Below are positions 19,801-23,247 of a stretch of 64,000 bases of DNA, in pieces (the first letter of the stretch is position 1; each line of letters opens with the position of its first letter). This stretch comes from an uncultured Acidobacterium sp. GTDB taxonomy: Bacteria > Acidobacteriota > Vicinamibacteria > Vicinamibacterales > UBA2999. Under the pieces are notes generated by a model. The model did not search any database. It had not been told where the DNA came from and worked only from the letters and a program-made list of their open reading frames with translations. The stretch spans positions 2,390 through 66,389 of the forward strand of contig CAZEMI010000295.1 of assembly GCA_964513235.1 (NCBI GenBank), given 5' to 3'. The position numbers were made by a program, and so were the translations under genes.

Positions 19801-22657
19801 TATTGTCGCCGCCATCGAGCGCGCGGACCTCGAACGTGTGCGTCCCGGTGGCCAGGTCGGAGAAAATCGCCGGGTTCGCGCACTCGCCGATCAGCCCCCA
19901 GTCCTGGCCGTCGATGCGGCATTCGAACTCGATCAGGTTGGCCGCCGTCAGATTGTCGGTCCCGGTGAACGTGAAGGCGGCGCCGCGGCTGCTCGTCACC
20001 GGCGGCGGAGCGGAGAGAATCGTCGTGTCGGGAGGAACCGTGTCGGCCGCGTCCACCCAGGTGTGCGAGGCCGGTGTCGGATCGACGTTACCGGCCCGAT
20101 CGATCGCGCGTACCAGCAACTGGTTGCTGCCCGAGGACAGTTGGTACTTGACCGACCCTACGATCTTCCCATCGGGGTCGATAATCCACGGCGAGGCGCA
20201 GCTCACCCAATCGAGCAGCGGGTCCGGAGTCTGCGTCAGCGGCGGCGGCGGCGCGGTGGGGTCAACCGGCTCCGGCGGCTCGAGCGGATCGAAGTTGATG
20301 ATCCGGCACTGGAACAGGAACTCGCCGGGGGCGCTGGCGTTGTCGAGGCCCGCAAACTCGAAGACGCCGCCGCCGTCGGTGGTGGTCGGCGCCGACACGA
20401 TGATCGTGTCCGGGGGCGTCGTGTCCGGCGGCAGCGGCACGCCGTCGAACTCGTACGCGCCGACGTCGCAGGCCAGGTTCTTCGGTCGCGTCACGCCGCG
20501 CTGGTCGGTCAGCAGGCACGGCGACAGGGCCGCGTCGACAGAGATGCTGGCGGCGGTCAACGCATGGGTCATCGTGGGGCCGCCGTTGTCGGCCAGGGCC
20601 AGCACCGTCGCCAGCACGTTGACGTTGGTCCGGTCCTTGGGGCCGACGAAGCCGCACCGGGTGCCGCCGTCGTGGTTGCCGCCCTCGGTGGTGAACGGCA
20701 CGACGCAGTCGTCGCTGCCCACGTTGCCGGCGACCAGCGAGTTCTGGAACCGCACGCCCTTGTGAGGCGCCAGCGCGGTCGCCAGCGTGATGCCCAGTTC
20801 TTCGGTCGGAATGCCCATGCCGGCGCCGCTTGGGGCGGCATTGCGGGTGATGGTGACATGGACCAGGTGGAGGCCGGCGTCGGCGTCGACGTACACGCCA
20901 CCGCCCGCCTGGGCGGCGAGGTTTCCGGACAGCGTCGTGTTCTGAACCTCGAACGCACCGTCGCTGCCGTGATAGATGCCGGCGCCCCGTCCGCATTCCT
21001 TGAGCTCGTGTTCCGGCAGGCAGATCGCGCGGTTGTCCCAGAACGTCGTGCCGGAGATGCGCATGGTGCTGTCGGCGACGATGTTGAGGCCGCCGGCGTT
21101 GGTGGCGGTGTTGGAAAGGATGTTCGAGTCGATGATGGCGAACTCGCCGCTGCTGCCGTTCTCGATGCCGCCGCCGTCGAGCGTGGCGGTGTTGTTGCGG
21201 ATCGTGACCCGCTCGAGATCCACGCGCATGCCGCTGTTCCACACGCCGCCGCCCCCACGCTGCGTCGTGTTGTCGCGCACGACGGTGTCGGCGATCCGAA
21301 CGATGCCAAAGGAATGGATCGAGATGCCGCCGCCATCGCCGTAGCCGTTGTTCCCGGCGATGGTCGAATCGGTTATCGTCACGGTTCCTGGACCGTCGAA
21401 CACCAGGCAGCCGCCGCCCTCGTCCGCCGGCTCGAGCAGCTCGCCGTCCGGCAGGATTGGCGTATCGCGGGGGATGGGCGTGCCGTCTGGTCCGGGTACG
21501 AATTCCGTTCCGGGCCGAACACCGCCGGCGCCATTTCCCGTACACATCATCTGGTCGATCACCACCGGCCGATCGCTCTCGGAGGCGAAGGCGCCGCCCT
21601 CGCCGCCGGCCAGGTTGTCGGTGAACGTGCCGCGGACGATCGAGGCGGTCGCCTTGGTCCCGACCTTGACACCGCCGCCGCCGGCCACGGCGATGTTATG
21701 CGTCACCAAGGCGTCGGTCAGCGTGAGCACGCCCTCCATCTCGTTGGCGACACCGCCACCGGCGGCGCCCGATTGGTTGCCGGTGATCGTGGCGTAGGTG
21801 ATCGTCGCGCGGCTCTGCTGCCCCGCCAGGTTTCGCTCGCCGGCGTTGTAGACGCCGCCACCGCCGCCGGCCGCATGGTTGCCCGAGATCGTGACGCCGG
21901 CGTCCGCCGTGCCGCTCACCGTCAACTGGCCGCGGGTGACGTAGACGCCGCCGCCCATGGCCCCGCTCGAGTTGTCCTGGATCGCCGAGCGCTCGATGAT
22001 GAGGCTGCCGCCCTCGTTGCCGTCCGCGTACAGGCCGCCGCCATTGCCGGTGGCGACGTTATTCAGGACGGCCACGTCGATCAACCGCACGGCGCCGCGG
22101 GAGACGCTGGCAATCGCGCCGCCGTCACCGGGGGCCCACCCGTTTCGCAGGGTCAGGCTCGAGAACGTCACGGCGCCGGCCGTCCCGTGGATCTCGAACA
22201 GCCGATCGACCGCCGTCTGCTCGACGGCGCCGAACGGCGCCGTCCCGCCGTCGATGATCGTCGCCCGCCCGGGCGCGCCGGTGATCGTCAGCGGCGCGGT
22301 GATGTCGAGATCACCGACCGTGATGTCGTTCTCGTTCGTCGGCACGCGCATCAGCGCGAACACGCCGGGCGGCATCTGGATGACGTCGGCCTCGATCGTC
22401 GTGTTCGCCTCCTGGATCGCCGCGCGCAGCGAGCACGTGCCGGCATTGGTCCGGCACACGCCGTCGCCCGGAAAGGCGTCGACACGATCGATCGGATCGT
22501 TGACCACGAAGGTCGAGGCCGAGAACAGCCGTACCTCTCCCATGACGGTGAGCAGCGCCGCGATGGCGACGCCGCCCGCCAACGCAAACGCTGCGTGTCG
22601 CGGGAAGAGACGAGACAGGACTGATCTGACACGGCCGTGGAGGGGGAGCTTCCTCAT
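4895..22657 (-). CDS. Giant secreted/cell-surface protein (5,920 aa): N-terminal anchor/signal, CSLREA-type motif, Gly-rich beta-helix, 2 DNRLRE-like modules, 3 PbH1/NosD-like beta-helices, 38 Ig-like repeats
   Basis: - A single uninterrupted 17.76-kb ORF.
- Hydrophobic N-terminus (AFALAGGVAIAALLTVMG).
- GTCSLRAAIQEAN motif.
- GGGGV/GGGI turn repeats ending ..DQRGVTRP..CDVGAYEF.
- Repeated modules read directly from the translation. Confidence 0.92.
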   Translation of the reverse strand: MRKLPLHGRVRSVLSRLFPRHAAFALAGGVAIAALLTVMGEVRLFSASTFVVNDPIDRVDAFPGDGVCRTNAGTCSLRAAIQEANTTIEADVIQMPPGVFALMRVPTNENDITVGDLDITAPLTITGAPGRATIIDGGTAPFGAVEQTAVDRLFEIHGTAGAVTFSSLTLRNGWAPGDGGAIASVSRGAVRLIDVAVLNNVATGNGGGLYADGNEGGSLIIERSAIQDNSSGAMGGGVYVTRGQLTVSGTADAGVTISGNHAAGGGGGVYNAGERNLAGQQSRATITYATITGNQSGAAGGGVANEMEGVLTLTDALVTHNIAVAGGGGVKVGTKATASIVRGTFTDNLAGGEGGAFASESDRPVVIDQMMCTGNGAGGVRPGTEFVPGPDGTPIPRDTPILPDGELLEPADEGGGCLVFDGPGTVTITDSTIAGNNGYGDGGGISIHSFGIVRIADTVVRDNTTQRGGGGVWNSGMRVDLERVTIRNNTATLDGGGIENGSSGEFAIIDSNILSNTATNAGGLNIVADSTMRISGTTFWDNRAICLPEHELKECGRGAGIYHGSDGAFEVQNTTLSGNLAAQAGGGVYVDADAGLHLVHVTITRNAAPSGAGMGIPTEELGITLATALAPHKGVRFQNSLVAGNVGSDDCVVPFTTEGGNHDGGTRCGFVGPKDRTNVNVLATVLALADNGGPTMTHALTAASISVDAALSPCLLTDQRGVTRPKNLACDVGAYEFDGVPLPPDTTPPDTIIVSAPTTTDGGGVFEFAGLDNASAPGEFLFQCRIINFDPLEPPEPVDPTAPPPPLTQTPDPLLDWVSCASPWIIDPDGKIVGSVKYQLSSGSNQLLVRAIDRAGNVDPTPASHTWVDAADTVPPDTTILSAPPPVTSSRGAAFTFTGTDNLTAANLIEFECRIDGQDWGLIGECANPAIFSDLATGTHTFEVRALDGGDNIDPSPARYTWTILTATTCEDANLTLPAAADTWVDEFEAFVNYGIDLGLTVRSEGSEAGGTNARALVYFELPTDLPQCALQSATLRLFAQGGTEGRLIVARPIAAPWQENQVTWNTQPPTFNVGPRDDGQPSGSGAMFQEWDVTAAVAAMLSGGMPNYGFLMRDAAENDPQGAEQVFSSKDTIADSPQGPQLQLRFAPTDPNAPAPPRPAAPTVPTTVACGQTITESTLVGNDLIDCPAEGLVIGASNIMLDLGGHTIDGLNYMAPVPGQPLPPGAVYAGQEEGLPAGIRNSGFTNVVITNGTVQEFGTGVHLTAGTTYNVLEFLTLARNSIAGVDLVNADNGRIGNEIRDNYFVGNADALGLRLGSEGSAVYRNRFEGNSGFAMYMSDVSGHRIESNHISGYTSNPLLSDSDGGFRVEGSRNNLFRGNSVFHTGDAGFYLTLGSHNNLIDGNAMSHAGDAGVYIQDSNGNHVINNIVHRSSDSGINVAASRDTLVRGNDVRWNPSGVTVGGGSNNLIEANDATHSSQSGFEFGGGATGLRALRNVANVTGGDGITIESEVLDANGTPVPGVLLEGNTSNQNLSVGISVQGLGHTVTANDAHNNALYGISAEGSIDGGGNRASGNNQDLEQCLGVVCETTAIVPLIAPDLGRPDTFITVAPPNGASTLAPQLFEFTGIDNYAPLTALNFSCRLDAPADPPAPPQDPNEPPSPPPSEGWVSCVSPLAFEGLSAGTHTFQVRAEDPAHNVDWEPATYTWTVSPTTPGVFDTAPPDTVITNGPVDGTSSTTATITFAGSDNESPGYQLEYECRIDDGAFTACTNPVTYTGLSIGTHTVQVRALDLGGNVDGTPASYTWTIVLGAPDVTAPETTITARPDPVTVSTAATFSFTSSESGSMFLCSLDGGALTSCTSPHTISGLAPGQHTFAVRAVDAAGNLDPTPAMATWQVSAPPVAATVTCGEVLLTSVILQNDLLECPEYGLVIGADGLTVDLNGFTIDGRGSSGTGILTQGYDYVTISNGTIQEFNFGVRLTPGTSGAIVSALRIFSSQLAAIELSDADGNTVRDNVLVANGTGIAMLNGTQGTLVSGNIVGSASGDGIHVGGRSAANTISGNEVSTSGGAGIALEGVSQNTVSANLLTANSGEAIAVHSTVDPIDAVIVYPANNNRITGNIVLTGSGGIVVAGVPGGAAAQGNEVTSNTVDEVSGAGISLENATATLVRGNLTRYSSVGIALSASTDNRIEGNEAVDAMGAGISLGSGSLGNVVFGNGAVGNGESGIQVLDQAAGNGNVIERNQSYSNTGNGIYVPGTGHSITANTADHNFGWGIWVELGNVDGGGNNAFGNDGGPVDPATGHLVQCYNIACGNTALLDVLTPETMISAGPANPTTTTEASFAFSGLDALTPVTDLSYQCRLDSQLDTDFAACTSPQSYTGLSAGTHTFEVRAVDQQGNVDPTPATYTWAITPPGVAPETTILSGPDPSTVNTTATFTFTSNEPGATFACALDGSALAPCASPQSYSVTEGPHTFAVAATDLEGLTDETPALHAWSVGIPAVPAQVSCGQVLTQSTLVLNDLIDCPADGLIIGAHGITLDLNGHLVDGVGSGVGIRNPGFDNVTITDGSVSGGVRDTVPVPAEITTGVQQFETGVFLSGSATGNIVSALQVTSTSVIGILLSDADDATVRGNSLFGNGTGIALLDGTQNALVLRNTITAGLGEGIRVAGSHNNRLENNRISDSTGLAIVLDFARDNIVTGNTVSNNQGVAVEILNTSNGNVIDRNMLTGNAAGVHIYMSDGVQVTVNVIQQNLGAGVSLEQANNTLVRGNDLRFNQAGITLVDSSNNRLESNIAGNSTGNGVSIDGNSASNVLVSNMANGNTGDGIAVGAPGLAGAGTLIERNTASGNGGDGIQVSAPVHTITANTADSNGGWGIFAEVANIDGGGNRATGNLEPAQCYTVVCEATTHPGQPDTTIVEHPADPSNSRYATLTFTGTDDVNAPWEMTYQCRFDSTDPAAWETQVCENPTIFSNLSEGSHTFEVRAIDVQGNIDPTPASYTWTIALLPSGVAPDTTIISGPGVVSPLFEATFIFSANEPDVTFQCSIDGGSFAPCGFLDPSLPPSSTAGALFQFLEHEIGPHVFQVRAIDLEGNVDPTPATYEWSILGIWTTITSGPAYIAPTDPAEFPTGGETDSPVAMFTFTASVPGATFECSIDLQPFLPCVSGVTYTGLGPGAHLFRIIATDANGNTSVEPIEYGWDVVPSLDTAPPETIMTVVPVNNTSDVMFQFTGTDNMTPTVRLLYECRLDSTLNTAWVSCISPFNLFEAFPLIAPGQHTFEVRAIDEGLGGTGTQTPTDNIDPTPATHTWTYAADTTAPETAIVTGPPASGTLDATVEFTFAGNDGNATPALLLTFECAVDGAAFAPCASPLSVTVAGVGTHTLQVRAVDQALNADPTPATYPWILFVAPVAVIESAPAPTTADATATFTFSADQAGASFGCSIDGGPFVTCTSPATYLDLVAGPHVFAVRAADAAGNAGEPVSYQWMVEGTDVTAPDTIITTGPTLVTGSSRATFVFSATEPNATFQCALDGAIPNTCIAPLNYQDLVTGTHTFTVYAVDWSGNPDPTPASYTWTIAGPGAAPETTIDLGPLDLGPTQLGALENTTSTTAAFSFSSDTAGATFACIIGILNPVTQLVEFGQWTPCSSPHLYVGLLPGTYEFQVRATSPAGITDPTPADYNWDIVSPDLAAPRTSLDNGPAALTELADATFEFSAFDGVTGEPEPLATFECSLDGAPFAECFSPATYTGLAVGSHTFAVRATDALGNVDATPESYTWFVDALSGPPDTIILSGPPAVTASSEAAFTFSSNSTEVTFECTLDGGAPESCGAAVLGPNGTPLYYTEELGSLQPGPHTLEVRAIHTTLGPDTTPATYSWTMDPAERIAPNTTIVSRPAALTVASSAEFAFVADEAATFECSLDGLPYAGCSSPVEYVQLSEGAHTFQVRAIDQVLNVDPTPASFTWTIIGVADQVNTMITSGPASVTATTSATFTFTATAAPATFECALDGAGFALCTSPVSLEALSDGFHTFQVIATDALGNEDPTPASYTWTIQTQPGTVILDTAILSGPTLTTTSTSATFELQSVLGTAFECALDGAAFAACTSPASYAGLALGTHTFDVRALDASGTADPTPARYGWTILADTTLLDTQILSGPTLSTTSTSATFNVSSNRAATFECALDAAPFAACTAPVSYSDLAVGSHMFRVRAVDTAGVVDATPATYTWTVDAAGIALTTTIQSGPAAVTASTDAIFAFASADPLATLFECAIDGGAFEGCVSPAVYNDLLEGAHQFQVRAIDEALNVGPTASYAWTIQLDTTGPVTTLLAGPAAISGSPDAAFSFSATDPLATFECSLDGLPFEACDLPAVYGDLLPGEHTFQVRAVNEALVTGAPVSYTWTVVSEPETTILVAPASPSGSDTATFVFSSDQPATFQCSLNGAPFASCVSPFEARGLIDGTQEFEIQATNTYGFADQTPAVHTWTVTLPPDVTAPETVISVGPSGVNASVTVLFEFAGTDNRTPVLDLAFECSLDGEPFLSCSSPHTLDLISALTDLELPGEHTLAVRAVDLAGNADATPATRTWTFLDVTAPETTILSGPPSETEATTATFSFEVSVPEPGVRFECSLDGFAFAACTSPYTVSGLAAGTHIFQVRAIDAAGNIESMLEVFTWIIDPSLDTVPPDTVIVAGPPATTAATQATFVFVATEFNTTFECALDGGIFSACDSPYDLTVAPGAHTLQVRAVDAGNHTDASPASYSWTVIGAPDTAIVSGPASPSGAATATFTFSSPEPSATFQCFLDGDGPTPCTSPWVVVGLLEGPHEFEVQALVTLGVVDGLPASTVDPTPAVYTWEVGLPPETTIVSMTPLPGVPGESPILQFLFTGTDDLTPPLDLSYECSIDNGAFEGCSTPYELETVDLAEGTHTLAVRALDSAGHVDPTEATISFTAGGVPETSVTSGPAAQSEATEATFTFASTQANVTFECSLDLAQPFVACTSPVTFTDLPHGEHQLDVRAVNAAGIIDESPASYSWQTGDMTPPVVTIISGPAGEADALGVAGSTELTTATFAFTIDDPASLALCTLDGGAPQFCTSPVTYIGLLPGARSFEVQPDKANLLVEAIAATYAWEILDIAAPDTQIVSGPAALGTATTASFIFTGTDNAPVADLDFECALDGAAFSGCASPLELTALALGEHTLLVRATDASLNADATPADYTWTVVSDATAPETTIVSGPALVSLAIDAAFTFSGSDATSPAEALTYECSLDGAMFELCGSPEAISGLAVGTHTFEVRAIDEAGNVDGTPASHTFTVEQAPETVIDAGPAAISDTADATFVFSATDNGAAPLTFQCSLDGAAFAVCSSPVQLTGLSSGNHTFAVRAVDSAGFADATAATYDWSISAAADTIAPETSMTSAPSGTTTATDATFTFTATEANSTFECALNAAAFAACSSPSTLAGLAGGTHTFAVRAVDAAGNTDASPASATWTIGVPPETVILTGPLDGPGGIILEATGATSATLTFEASEAGSTFECALDFGTFAPCTSPVTYTGLAEGLHEVRVRATGSAGLTDATPDDYEWLIDLTPPTTGIVEQPPATSTVTSATFTAASNDPGATFECSLDAAPFAPCAQTVSYTSLSHGPHTWSVRAIDATGNVDQTPASYTWTIAPLDTTAPDTTITSAPTASTIATSATFSFETNEPDTTFECSLDGGAYGACTSPASYSNLSLGEHTFAVRAIDAVGNIDASPASSSWTVAPINCGAPVTLSAIADAWIDQGSPSQNKGDDSSLQVRSKNGSANARALINFSLPQAPQGCAVQSATLRVESMSAVNGRTLRAMRVAAAWAENAVTWSNQPAAAGTVATSPSAASGTGLRAWTVTTLVQEMYSLNAAHGFLIRDGSEGAAAGPEQSLSSREGAVAPQLVITFGPQ
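4898..5410 (-). other. C-terminal DNRLRE-like (CBM-like beta-sandwich) module of the giant protein
   Basis: NCGAPVTLSAIADAWIDQGSPSQNKGDDSSLQVRS..ARALINFSLP..CAVQSATLRV....WAENAVTWSNQP. The same pattern recurs five more times in this window. The family name is from memory. Confidence 0.55.
5411..13940 (-). repeat. 31 consecutive ~81-100-aa Ig-like repeats (consensus PDTTIxSGP..T..TxATFTFxxxExxxTFECxLDGxxFxxCxSPxxYxxLxxGxHTFxVRAxDxAGNxDxTPAxYxWTV)
   Basis: I counted repeat by repeat in the translation. Two Cys are conserved per repeat. Seven more copies lie further N-terminal in the same protein. Confidence 0.85.
13950..19160 (-). other. Three PbH1/NosD-like parallel beta-helix modules (about 17880-19160, 15700-16960, 13950-15160) alternating with 3 and 2 Ig-like repeats
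   Basis: Each module opens with a ..CGQ/E.(I/L)..S..L.NDL(I/L)(D/E)CP..GL(V/I)IGA..I.LDL.GH.(I/V)DG.. type motif. It continues with about 22-aa N/G-rich helix turns and closes with ..(I/V)DGGGN.A.GN. Confidence 0.6.
19215..19760 (-). other. Internal DNRLRE-like module of the giant protein
   Basis: TTCEDANLTLPAAADTWVDEFEAFVNYG...ARALVYFELP..CALQSATLRLFA...WQENQVTWNTQP. Confidence 0.55.
20450..22480 (-). other. CSLREA-type motif plus Gly-rich (choice-of-anchor-Q-like) beta-helix region
   Basis: CSLRAAIQEAN is followed by about 25 turns carrying GGG(G)(V/I/L) motifs, and the region ends NGGPTMTHAL...DQRGVTRP..CDVGAYEF. Confidence 0.55.
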
Positions 22658-22752
22658 CGTGCGCCTCGTGATGTTCGATCTGGCGGGACGCGGTGCTTGG
22701 CGACAGCGCGTCCCGGCGTTAGGCTGAACCGAATTCTTTGTCCATGTCTCGG

Positions 22753-22778
22753 AAACGCTGCGACGTCAGAAAGCGAAC
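22753..22778 (-). promoter_or_regulatory. GTTCGY-N14-GCGTTT motif, site b
   Basis: GTTCGCtttctgacgtcgcaGCGTTT on the minus strand; 95 nt upstream of the giant-gene ATG (22657). Confidence 0.45.
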
Positions 22779-22866
22779 GATCGACGCGCGTTTTTTGCTT
22801 GCGTTGTGTGGAGTGGAGGTCGCGCGGCGAGCGATGCGCGATGCGAGCAGACGCCTGCGTCCCGTG

Positions 22867-22892
22867 AAACGCCGAACCCGTTGAAAGCGAAC
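22867..22892 (-). promoter_or_regulatory. GTTCGY-N14-GCGTTT motif, site c
   Basis: GTTCGCtttcaacgggttcgGCGTTT on the minus strand. Confidence 0.4.
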
Positions 22893-23029
22893 GATCGCGC
22901 GATCGACGACGCGGCGCGGCTGCGTCGGGTGATCAACGCGATCGCGGTGTCACGTGTCGTCGTGTGGTGTGGTTGACGGAATCGCGCTGCGGCGGCAGCG
23001 CGGTGCGGGCAGACGCCCGCATCGCGTGT

Positions 23030-23055
23030 AAACGCCGGCGGCGATGAAAGCGAAC
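23030..23055 (-). promoter_or_regulatory. GTTCGY-N14-GCGTTT motif, site d
   Basis: GTTCGCtttcatcgccgccgGCGTTT on the minus strand. Confidence 0.4.
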
Positions 23056-23190
23056 GATGCGGACGAGGTTGATGTGCGTCACCGCGACCCACCTCGCGTG
23101 AGCGCGGCGACGACGCGCGCGCCGTCGTCATTTGGCGCCGGTGATCAGCAACAGCTTCAGGGCGTCATGACCGTACGGCGCGGCGATGCG

Positions 23191-23236
23191 GCCGGCTTCG
23201 GGCGGCCACGGAAAGGGTGGCCGCCGCGAAGCCGGC
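23191..23236 (-). terminator. Long GC-rich hairpin 3' of the 963-aa gene
   Basis: gccggcttcgggcggccac-ggaaagg-gtggccgccgcgaagccggc: 18 bp paired, one bulge, 7-nt loop. It starts 12 nt after the stop (23248-23250, minus strand). There is no clear U-tract. Confidence 0.55.
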
Positions 23237-23247
23237 GCGACCGGCGG

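Larger units (their letters stand above)
22741..23060 (-). repeat. Degenerate tandem repeat (units about 113 and 163 bp) in the leader/promoter region of the giant gene, each unit carrying one GTTCGC-N14-GCGTTT site
   Basis: Shared blocks gaaagcgaacgatcg ... gtgtgg.gtgg ... gcagacgcc.gc.tc.cgtg.aaacgcc, read directly from the sequence. Confidence 0.75.

Noticed and set aside
22741-23060. Possible CRISPR-like array (repeated blocks in an intergenic region).
   Set aside because: There are only three units with irregular periods (114 and 163 bp). The 'spacers' are themselves partly homologous, there is no short palindromic repeat of constant length, and no cas genes are present in the window.
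22766-23131. 121-aa minus-strand ORF in the spacer between the giant gene and the 963-aa gene.
   Set aside because: Its internal 'repeats' (RSFAF, RDAGVC.HRA) only mirror the DNA tandem repeat. It has no start context or protein-like composition, and the region is better explained as a regulatory leader.
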